From Phoronis australis (Eukaryota > Animalia > Phoronida): a DNA stretch of 64,000 bases. The stretch spans positions 1,007,725 to 1,071,724 of the forward strand of contig NMRA01000083.1 of NCBI GenBank assembly GCA_002633005.1, given 5' to 3'. The notes beneath the pieces are model-generated. The model had not been told where the DNA came from, did no database searches, and saw nothing but the letters and a program-made list of their open reading frames with translations. The position numbers and the translations under genes are program-made. Positions 27,501-37,700 of this stretch are shown here, one piece after another (the stretch's first letter is position 1; the number at the start of each line of letters is the position of its first letter).

Positions 27501-28425
27501 CGAACAAATACTCCCGTTTTCAAACTTTTTCTTCGAGCAGTCCCTATTTCAGTTCCCAAAATCGTGAACTCACCATTTTCACTCGGCGCACGCCAAGAGA
27601 TAGGACCTCATTCATTTAACCAGGCCGAAGGTCAGAAGTTGCGGTCCTACTGGCGAACTTTGAAAGCTGAAGTCCCCGCCCTCTGCGTACGTGCTGCCGG
27701 GAACCAGCCGTGCATTTGCCGTGTTGTTAAACATTAAAATGTCAAATATTTGCACAAAGACTATTAAATGTCATATTAACAGCANCTACTGATTTTTAAG
27801 TGGTTTTAAAAAACAATCGGTAAACTCACCGATTTTTGTCTCATTACTTTGATACGTGTCTCTTCCGATAAGTTAGTACCTAACGTGCAGACGAGCACTC
27901 CAAATTGGAACGCTAAGTCCCGCGTGGTTGCACTGCACGCGAAACAAGATGGCGGACGAACTTTGGAGCCTGACGAAAATAGGTAACCGGACTATATGAC
28001 ACATGGGTATTGTAAAAAAAAATTAAAAAACGTTGTCCTCCCTATCGACAACCTCCTACGGTGTTCCTCTATGCGCAAGAGGTATTTATAACAACGTGAC
28101 TTTGATGTTTTAGTCGGTGCGCGGCATAATTCGCCGAAAAGCTTCCGGCGTATGGAGCGCCTATAGGAGCTGCATCGCCTCTGGTCGGGCCAACAGAGGC
28201 GATGGTCATTGCCTAGCTTCGACCCACTTCCCGGAATTTCTTATCAAAAAGATAAAAACCCGTCCGTGAATTTCTGAGATTGATTGATGACCTGAAGGTA
28301 AAATGACACACATCAAACGCAGAAACATTGCTACGTTACATGTCCAATTTTGCGGAAGGTAGTAACAATACGTAATCCAGTAATAACAGACAACATATTT
28401 TCTTACCGTGGTGGTCAGTTTCCAT
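3554..28425 (-). CDS. MARCHF6: E3 ubiquitin ligase MARCHF6 (TEB4/Doa10 family), spliced, ~918 aa
   Basis: Exons 5'->3' on minus: 28407-28425 (METDHH), 27016-27112 ([32 protein letters not shown]), 26356-26429 ([24 protein letters not shown]), 25760-25903, 25272-25344, 23687-23840, 22843-23065, 21991-22052 ([12 protein letters not shown]), 21041-21125 ([16 protein letters not shown]), 20271-20329, 19371-19480, 18400-18514, 17249-17452, 16142-16293, 14932-15121, 14295-14471, 13706-13775 (the last two also duplicated at 12456-12632 and 11866-11935), 10708-10889, 7872-8006, 7167-7256, 6235-6367, 4242-4377, 3554-3626 ([11 protein letters not shown]..stop). All introns are GT-AG with consistent phases; the single-copy sum is 2757 nt. 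Motifs match MARCH6 as I recall it. Confidence 0.95.
4415..4541. repeat. 26-bp minisatellite (catgacaaaagtaatcaactacagtg) x ~4.8
   Basis: Directly visible tandem units near the exon 22 acceptor. Confidence 0.9.
4578..4783 (+). repeat. Dispersed repeat, copy 1 (copy 2 at 38113-38323)
   Basis: Shared blocks gttaacagcaaaaatgac, aaattctaattagagaatg, ggtcatcaggggagactac and gtctgaatacttatggcttgt in both copies. Confidence 0.75.
4865..5104 (+). mobile_element. tRNA-derived SINE
   Basis: A-box tggcctcatgg (~4877) and B-box ggttcgagtcc (~4920) at tRNA-like spacing, followed by a unique body and a T-rich tail (tttatttttt). Confidence 0.6.
5585..5774. repeat. 19-bp minisatellite (gtcacgactgagagttcac) x ~10
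   Basis: Directly visible tandem units. Confidence 0.93.
8439..9813. mobile_element. Non-autonomous hAT-like DNA transposon (~1.37 kb)
   Basis: TIR cagggctcgac / gtcgagcctg with repeated caggtcgca subterminal motifs; homologous to 51611-53265; no clear TSD. Confidence 0.65.
10285..10798. repeat. Tandem array (~91-bp unit) built from the MARCHF6 exon 18 3' end plus splice donor
   Basis: The (c/t)ttaccaata donor junction recurs at 10351, 10430, 10521, 10612 and 10703 (spacing 79, 91, 91, 91). Confidence 0.9.
11157..14850. repeat. Near-identical tandem duplication (11157-13011 / 13013-14850) carrying two MARCHF6 exons; probable assembly artefact
   Basis: Both copies start tgttttcattaacagtg and end catcacattaa. 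A single N at 13012 is exactly at the junction; the copies differ only by scattered SNPs and small indels. Confidence 0.9.
16708..16957. mobile_element. hAT-like MITE, 250 bp, 6-bp TSD (TAGATA)
   Basis: TIR cagggcttggaat / attccgagccctg; tagata at 16702-16707 and 16958-16963. Confidence 0.8.
18687..18855. repeat. Two-copy tandem repeat (~87 bp)
   Basis: gtctcagtttgagt..gtcagtagttcacagaattccacctttaatcac..tgtttgcacaaacaatgcattagt appears twice. Confidence 0.8.
21386..21674. mobile_element. MITE with ~58-bp imperfect TIRs (related copy at ~29740-30002)
   Basis: Left ..tcatgaaaagtgacttaaagcttaagacaaaaatttggtcttgcgc versus right gcgcaagaccaaaattctgcctcaagtctcaagtcacgtttca..; similar ends (ttcatgaaagtgtcttaagac / tcttaagtcttaaaccaatttcatgaaatggacccc) at ~29742-30002. 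Confidence 0.6.
21642..21985. repeat. Minisatellite, 7 units (59,59,42,42,42,42-bp spacing)
   Basis: ataacagagcccaggtattg recurs at 21661, 21720, 21779, 21821, 21863, 21905 and 21947. Confidence 0.92.
27426..28098. mobile_element. TIR-bounded 673-bp element in MARCHF6 intron 1
   Basis: ~55-bp inverted repeats: catgttgttataaataccttttgcgcatagaggaacacctcaggaggttgtcgat (27426-27480) versus atcgacaacctcctacggtgttcctctatgcgcaagaggtatttataacaacgtg (28044-28098), ~4 mismatches; no TSD seen. Confidence 0.75.
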
Positions 28426-28726
28426 CTTGACCGGGAATGCTGGGATATGTCAAAATGTCGCAAAATATACAAATTACTTCACCATTTTCTGAAAATAAAA
28501 TTATATTTACACTTTTTCATAGTCTATACCTTCTATAGGCTTCTTGTAATAAAAGTAATACTGACAATTTAAAGGTAAATAAGCAAATTTTTTGTCGCAA
28601 ATTTAACCGAGTTTGGGACACAGTGACATCTAGTGGCCATTTGTGGTTGACAGGACGTGGGAATGTAAACATTATTTGCCATCACTAGTTGCCTAAAACA
28701 AGTTTTACAGTTTCAGTAACACTTAA
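28426..28726. promoter_or_regulatory. Bidirectional promoter region shared by MARCHF6 and WDR88
   Basis: Only 301 bp separate the divergent ATGs (28425 minus, 28727 plus). The region contains a CTCF-like motif (gacatctagtgg, ~28625-28636). Confidence 0.65.
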
Positions 28727-31700
28727 ATGCCCGTTTCAGTTAATGACCATTTGTCATCGGGCGGTGTCTCTCCGCTTGAAGATGGTATTTTGGAACAGAA
28801 TAAGTTGGACAAGACACCGTCTTCATTAAAATGGGAACACGAAACTCTGGCTAAGGTGAAAAATGTTGTCTCTTAGTCTTACACTCTCTGGTCACAACCG
28901 GTCACTATCGTGTGGCTTGTGCTTTAGTCATTAACTGTGCTTGAATCTATGTTCACTCTGAGTAATTTGATTTCTGTGATCACCAATGTTTATTTTACTG
29001 CTTTTTGTGTAGATATTGATGAAACTATCGGGCCTACCCACCCCGCGGTCCTGGCCTGGTGCCTGCATGGTGCAAATTTTCTGGTCAATTTCACATTTGA
29101 CTCCTTTATCCATTGGATGCATTATTCTCATGAAACCACTAATAACCAATCCTGTTCAGTGATTGATGTTGAAAAACTAATCGGGTGTTTTGGCATTAAA
29201 CCTGTGCTTTCTGTCAAAGAGTTTATGTCAGCTAGGTCACTTATATAGTTTGATGGAACTGATCAGGTCTCGAATTGAAGGGCTTCAAAAGAAGTGGCTG
29301 TTCAATATTTCTCTGTCCACAAACCTCGTTTTTTAGTTTGAGGTTTTTGTCTTCTGACCAAGCTCTTTATATTCAGTTCACGCTTTAACCTGCACTCTAT
29401 GATCATTGTCTGCACAAATAACGGTTTTAGATCTTTCTGTGCCCTGAGATCAGTTCTTAACTGAGTTAAGGAACAAGATAGGACTTGTTTTTTTCATTAA
29501 GTGACATCAATCAAAACTTGGCCTTTTGACTGAAAGTGTGGGCTTAATGCCACTTTAAAATAGCCAGAAATATAAAGTAACCACTTTGCATTGGTCAGTA
29601 TGTTTGTTGTACTTGAGTGGTCGTAACTTGTGCACCTGCCAACTGTAGGTCGCAACATCGATAAAGCTGCCTGAATAGACTGATCACCAACCAAACTGTC
29701 ACTTGTTGTTCACGTTCTTGTGTGATTGACCAAGAGTATATTTCATGAAAGTGTCTTAAGACAGACATTTGGTCTGTGTTCCCACTTCTCCATTGTCAAA
29801 CAAAGTTTAGTCATGTAATTACAAGCACCTCACTGCCAAGAAATAACTTGTACAAATTTTGACAGCATGTAACAGTTGTGGGTATGTTCTCAGATTGTTT
29901 TTTTCTTAAGTGAGTTTCAATTCTGTTTTAGAAAGAAAAATGTGGAGCGTATGACCAAATTTCTTTCTTAAGTCTTAAACCAATTTCATGAAATGGACCC
30001 CGGGGTGCTTTTGAGAATTTGTGTGTTTGCGTTTCATTCTTGATACGAGATCAATTTTGCTTGTGTGAATTCTACTTGGTCGAGAGTTACTTGCAAACTG
30101 CTGTGAAAGCAAGCAGTCTAATCCAACCAGCTGTTGACAGTTTGCTATTTGTCACATGGTGGCAGAGATTTATTCAGAGCTTGCCATGAGTTCCAGAATT
30201 TTGACAGTTGATGAGAGCTATAAAGCATAGTGAGAGGGTTGTCTCCCAACCTTATTGACAAAAGAAAACTTAGTATGGTAAACCTCACCAGTTTAGGACT
30301 TAAATATGATGGAGAAATGTTTTTGAAAACTGCAGACAATCACAACAATGTTAGAAGATCTTTAAAAAATGAAAAAAATCAATTTCATGAAATATTTTTT
30401 GTCCAAAGTTGGTGAGATTCTACCATTCTAGGTAAACTGGTCTTTAGCCAGCTCATTTGGTCTGGCTGCCACTTTCTTGAGATCTAGGTTACAATGTATA
30501 TTAAGGACTAAGTGTGGTCTAGTGCCAATCTCAAAATTCATTGCAAATCCTAACTATCATCAGGGATATGAGTTAACCATACAGAAGGGGGACTACTTGT
30601 TCATGGAAGCATCCGCTCTCTAGATTGGGTGGCCATCTTAATTTTCCTGCAATTTCCTCTATCAAAAATAGTCGAGTATCCCCAGATTTCGGTTAATCCA
30701 CCTCTCTACAATTTTCCAAGACCCTTGCCTACCCTCTGATTTTTGAGTTTCATAGTGAGTGTTAACCCGCAAGAAGACAGTGCTTACTAAGTATGAGCCA
30801 GAATGAGCATCTAAGACTGGCCGGGTAAAGTTGGAAGGAACCTCTGAGTGACAAAGTATACAGTATACTATGGTTCACTTGATGCAGATGGCTCAAGTTA
30901 TGGCTATACATCTGCACTGGCTCTAAGAGTGAGTCATGCTCCTTGCTGTTAGTGCAACAGTCCTTTACTTTATGAAATTCAAGTGTCTAAAACTTGGATG
31001 CAATCAGGGTTTCCATTTACCATATGGTAGTTTAATTAAAGGAGAAGTATACTAAATTAGTGCCTACTGTTAAATGTCACCTTTTGATATAGCTAGGCCA
31101 CTCACTGGTATAAAATTGGTCTTATCTTCCTTACTCACATAAGATTATTGCTTAGTCCAAGCCCACTTGTCACATTCAGTCATCATGAGGCCAAGACAAT
31201 TACGCATAGGGGAATTCTGGGAGTTTGACATAATTCATTTCAAATGAGTTTATGACAATTGCTGTGGTTTATAACCTCTTTAAGAAAATTCCATGTAACG
31301 TTTTTATTCATTTTTTTGTTTCATTTGGTGGATTTTTGTGAAGATGTAGATGTAATAAAAACATGCAAATGTTTAGTTTTACTTATTTGTGAGCGTTACA
31401 ATTAAATTGCTGCTATGCTCAGTATTTTGACTACGAATATGAATGTTAGTTAATTATTGCTCCAGAAATTATAGTTCATTCTTAGCAATTTGAATAATTG
31501 AGTGCATTAATATCTACTGTTATTAACTATAATCAAGAAGACAGTTTTTATAATTGAACAGTTTTAAATGCTTTCTTCAAAAATGTTCCTTCCTGTTTAT
31601 CCCTCAAAACATGATGCAAATTGTCTTTTTATTTGGTTCAAATTGTGTAGTAACTTAGTTGTTTGCTCCGCCACTCATCTAGTCTTCTGCAATACATACA

Positions 31701-34700
31701 ATTAGTTTGTTATCATCAGGACCCAGGGTCTCATCCCATCTTGATTAAGTCTCAGACTCAAAACTTAACAACGGTAATCACGATATTCACGTCGCATGAT
31801 TCAAATAATTTAAATATTTTTAAGTTTACTTCAAAGCATGCCACGTGTAGTAGAATGTCACATTTTTTATACGAAACTGTTTCCTAAAAATATCCCATTT
31901 TCATATTCAAGTTAGTGCTTCACATGTAGTTAATGGCCGTATCAGATTCATGGATTGTAAACTGCAACATGTATGGAAAACAATTTAATTTGGTGCTACA
32001 TACGTACGGAGTATGTGTTTCGTATATAACAAAATTTCTCTTTTCGGCCATATTGTGTCCTAAATTGACAAAAACTTTACCATAATAGGTCAATTTTTAG
32101 GTCAAAATTGTCGGAGTACAGAGATAAGACCGTACAACCTGTTACAACATTATTTACCTGAAGTGTGCAAGGATTTTTCTTCCTGCGTAAGTTTAATACG
32201 ATCACGCTTTCTATTTTGACGTGACTTGTTCTATAAAATTGATATGTTTAAGTGGTACATGTAGGTACCTTACTAGCTTTGGATGTACGCAGAAGAACAG
32301 TAAGATGATGATTTCAGCATGTTTTGGTTATTGACAACCCACCATTTGTCCTCTGTTCAACTGCTGGTTCTTATTGGTGTTTGATATCAGTAATGTTAAT
32401 GATCTAGTTGTCTTACCTGTTATTCAAACAATGGGTGTCAACAATGTTCCAAAAACAGAGTCCTCTGCACATGACAAGTGGGTCCACTGCTTCTCTTGTC
32501 CGTTATTTTTTGAGCCTCTGAAGAGGAACCGCATCTCACCCTTGTAGTACCTGAACCAAAATGTGGTGAACTGAATGCTTACTATTCATTGGATTCCATG
32601 GAGTTTCATACTGTAATATTCATGAATGGCTCTTCACAATTCTTGAGCTACCACATTCTATCAGTTCAATGGTTGTCAAAATATCCTCTATATGATCCCA
32701 GTTCATAGAACCTAAAGAATGGTGAATACTTACTAATTTGCCTGTTGTTGGCCTTTTGTGGTGTATTCAAATGTCAGCTTTTGTGATCAATAACAGTGAA
32801 TGATTGTGTTCCACTGAGAAGTTTGGTGGCTTTTATACATCATATCTCACTATCACAGGCCAGGCTGTACTGTGAATGTCAAGTTTGGTTTCCTCTGTTG
32901 AACTGTTGTGTTGGAGCAAGACTTTGGGTGAAATCCACACTCAATTATGGTGTAATTGTTCACTGGTACTGAACATTGGTTTTAAGGCAGTCAGGAGTCA
33001 CCGTCATGCCTTGTGAAGTTGAGGAAAGAGTTTTGAAAGGAGATGGCGTGCATTTGGTATGTTGCTTGTAAACGCTCTCACAATCCGATTGATTGCTGTT
33101 GTTTTGGTCTCTCAAACCAGAGCTTAATAGGATTATGAAATGAATCTGATGTAGAATGACTTGAGCTGTATTTGCTTTCTAGTTTTGTATTTTCTATTGG
33201 TTCAGTAAATGAAAATATACCATCACCTTTTCTGTTGTAGGCACTTTCTTGCATCCACTTTGCAATATTGACTTTGATATTTAGTTTAAAGTAAAAGTTT
33301 GATGTAAGGGGTGTTTTCTGCTAGTTAATATCATTTAAAATTACGTCTAATAATCTGATGATGTTATTCTGAGGTAATTAATCAATTACAAAATAATGTC
33401 TTTCTGTGTTATACAGGTTGCCTGAACTGTATTTAACCAGTGTGGGATCTTGCTTCATCCACTGTAAACTCAACATAGATTTTGATTTCTCTGGACCTGT
33501 AAATGTCAATTCATTAAAACGATGAGCCGCTCACATGAAACCAACTTCTGGCCTTTCGCAAAGAAGGGCCTTTGTGTGGTATGTCATTAGGGAACAGTCA
33601 TATCTCATATTCTTTTTCCAGGGGTTGGCAAAATCATTGTAGGCCAGTATGGTTGACGTAGTTTTCTAATGGTGGAAATGCTAAGTTAAATGTGTTAATT
33701 GGGCTGAGTTAAACAAGTAAAGAACAGTTTATTGTGCCCCTGCAGTCCTACTGAACTTTGCAAATGTTTTATTTTAAGCGTTGCACAGGTCACACTATAA
33801 TTTGAATCTCTCATCAGAACTGCAGATACCTTAGTTCTAAAATCTAAAATTCCTCCGTCATGCTCTCAAGGATCATGATTTATTATCTAGTTTGTAATGT
33901 GGCACCTGACAATGTTCTGTCTTGTACATGTTACACTTTGAGCCTATGGCCACATGTTTATATTTCAATAAATCACTCTATGTACAACAAAGACTGACAA
34001 ACTAATTTGATTTCAAATAGTGACAATTAAGCACTGCAGCAGCTTAGTCGGATTTAGGGGAGCCTACCCCACCATCATCAACGTGGTGTTTTTAGGGCTT
34101 ACGCGGTCATTTGTTTCCTTCAAAAATTGTCATGGGTTGTGGCCTCGTTGCCACATCCTGGATCTGCCAGTGAGCAGTGATTTAAATGTTCTGGTAGCAC
34201 CGCAGAATCAGAGTAGCACTGTGGCATTTTGGGATGTGCCTGTTGATGTCATTACAAGAGATTATTGGGTAGCTAATGAGGCTATTGATGTGGGTACACA
34301 TAGCAAATGTGTAGTAGAGTGTGTATTGTGTCTTCATGGAGGAAAAACCCTTACCTGAGCCTCATTGGCTAGTGAGTTTTAAAATTGCGAGACAAAGGAT
34401 ATTGCTAAATCTCACAAATTTTCGATAAAAAATAATTGCCAAAATTTGTCATTTTTCAGAGGCTTCTTGCTTCTTGTGAATGTCCAGTTTCTTAAAACCA
34501 TGTTCAAGTGGTAGCTATGGGGGGCTTAAGTCCATTAAAACCTTTATTTTGTGCTATTATCTTTAATGAAAAAAACATAAAAAATTGAGTAAGTTTTACC
34601 TGCCTGTCATTTTCCTAAATTGGTGAGATATTAAGGTACTTAGGCAAATGACAACTTAGCTACTGTTAAACAAATGACATTTTACCAGTTTTTAATTTTC

Positions 34701-37700
34701 AGAATGGTGCATAATTACAAATTTTTGGAGAAAATTTAAAACACTTCTTAAATGAGCCTTTCAGTGTGTGTGCTTCATGTGTACCTACAACATGGACCAT
34801 ATACACACTCGCCCTCTATGTGCAGAATCAGTGTATGGTTCCAGGTCAGAAAACGTATTCTTACTAATACTCTATACAACAGTTGATGCTGATTGTTATT
34901 AATAGAAGAAATGGTAATTTATACTCTATTCCACACTGCCCTCTTTTCATGCTAATTGCCAGTATTATACAATATCTGTTGTTGTACATAGTAGAGCACA
35001 CAGCATGTATGCTTCCTAATTCTGTTAAAGTGAGAGACCATGGTATTACTACCCAGTATTTAGCGTGTTAGCAGATATAGGCGTGCTCACAATGTCCATG
35101 TCAGAAAAAGTTTCTCTTAAAATGGACTCTGATGGCAATCTGAGAACGCACAAGATGAAAGCACCACTACAGGTTTTTGTATTGGGATTATTGTTCTTGT
35201 GAATTGTAATCAAGTTGCAGGTAGTTTCCTACGTTACCTTTTGGATCTGCAATATCTTGCTTTAGTAGAGCTGTATGCATTGAGTTCAGATTGAGAGGTT
35301 AGTGCTGTATATTATAGTCAAATGGTGAATGGCATGTGATTGAACAATTTTTCAGCATCTCAGCTGAAAACGTTTCAACCCTGGTTTTTGCCAAATTTTT
35401 CATTTTGAATTCCTTCTTGTGCAAAACTAACTTACCTTTTTGTGCAATGGTCATGCTGGATTTTTAATTAATCGCCTTTAGTTTGAAGTCTGTGGTTGAG
35501 ATTTGAGACACAGACTGCTCAGGGTGGAATTGCAAGTTTATTTTAGAAGCTTACGTTTAGAAACAATCCATTGTGCAATAGAATTGGAAACAACCTCAAT
35601 TACAAGATCACAGAGGCAAATTAGTTTAATCCTGCTTAAGGCTGGTATAGGTACATATATAAACCTCTTTCACTGACTTGTACACTCAGGTGTTCACACA
35701 CAACTAAGCTTTCATCATGGCCTTGTCCTTGACGGAATATATCGAAGCCATGCAGGCAAGCTATTTCATTTTTGCAGAATTCTATAGTGTGTTTCTTGAC
35801 TTAAACATTGTAAACGATAGAGCAGGCCTGAGTATGATGAACTGTCAAATTTTGCTGGTTGTATTTTCGATTGGTATGATAATGGTAACTGCCTGGCCAA
35901 TCATTGTACATGTAATTTGTACATTGTATTTTGAATCAATGTTCTGGATGTTTTTCATGGTAATGAAAATGAAGTCCCAACGTAATGGTGAAATTTTGCA
36001 TCTGATTTTGCTGGGATTCATTTCCTTTACCACTTTAACCTTTCCGTGTCAGATACTCCAACATGAACTGAATCATCGCAAGAAAAGTCTTGTCTATTCA
36101 ACCGCTGCTTGTTTTTCAGGTACGTATCAAGGTATTGCGAGGACATGGTGGTCCAGTCAACACTTGCCAGTACGTCAACAATGAGAACAACATGTTGTCT
36201 GCATCTAATGATGGAACAGCCCGACTCTGGCAGACAGAAGATGGGGAGGTAGTTCACGTGTATGAGGGGCATGAGGCACGTGTCGTCTGCGCTCGTAGTG
36301 ATGCAAGCAGTTCAAAGATTGTCACAGGCTCTTGGGATAAAACTATAAAAGTCTGGGACATAGAAACTGCTGCACAATTGGTGAGTAATCATAAATGTCA
36401 TTACATTTCTTACACCAACTGACGGTTTATTTACAAATATTTCTTTATTTCAGCATTGTGTTAGAACTTCATTTTGAAATTATGCACGGCAAAGACTTTT
36501 TAAAACCACCAAGATCTTTGCTCACTCATGTGAGAAAAAGTGCCTAAGGACTAAATTGCAAATTTTCGCTGTTTTTCAGCTGTGATTGAAATATTGTAGC
36601 GCTTCACTAACACTTTTATTAGCCACTGCCATGGTTTTGCCCTTGACAGTTTAGGTGCTGAAGGAGAGATATGCCCGACCTTTTGCGGCTCCGAAAAGAA
36701 CAAATTTCCATTAACAAATTTCAGAAAATGCCACTTGCCAGCCAAGTGTACTATGGAAACAAATTTCCATAACAAAATATACAAACTTTTAAAGTAGCAT
36801 TTAGTCAAGCACAGCACACCTTAACCTCTCGTTGAATATTCATCAATTAGAATACAGGGCAGCGACCTTTCAAATTCAAAGAAATTTTGTGTCTTAGAAT
36901 AACTGTCAAAAAGGCCACTCAGTCACTCACCCTTCTTTCCACGGTAAATAATTTTTTACATCCTGAAATAGTGATACTTCAGCTCAGATAAGTTTATGTC
37001 CGTTGTATATTTCGTCGAATGAGCAGTGACAAGACGTTGCCTGGACATTTGGAAGTTAGGAGAGTGTAGCCCAGCTCAGTGCTCAGTGAAAAGGATAATA
37101 CTTAGTCCTTTGGAGCCGTACCCCAGCCATCTTCTAGATGATGGGTCATCGCGCATTCAACAATTTCACATGTACAAGATAATACATCAAAATGAATTTG
37201 TATTTGTCAGATGCTGATGTGGGATTACTTAAGAGCGACTCATTTGTAACCTCTTGCATAATTTGTTGCCATGGAGATAGCTATCATTGCATTACTTACT
37301 ATTTCCAGTGGACAGGTGAACATCGAGGTATGGTCACAAGCTGTAATTTCTCGACAGATGGCCAACTTTGCATCTCATCATCAGATTATGATCACGTGGT
37401 CAGGATATGGGACACAAGGACAGGGCACACGGTGCGAGACATTAAAGGTATTAATCTCGTTCTTTTCTGCTGAAGACAACTATGAAAGAAATTTCATTAA
37501 AGTATATGTTTTACCGTCTCTTAATAGTGGCTTTTTCTTATTTTCTCTTTATAAAACAAAACATAAAGTTTATCAAACTTGTGGTCATTTGTCGAACACT
37601 ATAATTAAAAATTATTGATTTTGGTATAAGGCGCAGGTTTGTTCCCCTTTAATCCTTATTCTTATGTGTTCCATGGTCTACGCCTACTAGTCATGGAAAG

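Noticed and set aside
27949-27982. ATGGCGGAC.. with donor as first exon of WDR88 or MARCHF6
   Set aside because: Wrong phase for WDR88 and wrong strand for MARCHF6. Better first exons exist at 28727-28855 (WEHETLAK) and 28407-28425 (METDHH-D).
34792-34854. Additional alternative first exon of WDR88 (MDHIHTR..)
   Set aside because: Its stronger donor (cag|gtcaga, 34845) is phase 2 and would not splice in frame; the phase-0 donor is weak.
35717-36184. 155-aa hydrophobic ORF as a separate membrane-protein gene
   Set aside because: It is T-rich intron read-through overlapping WDR88 exon 2 out of frame; at most its first 13 codons may be exonic.
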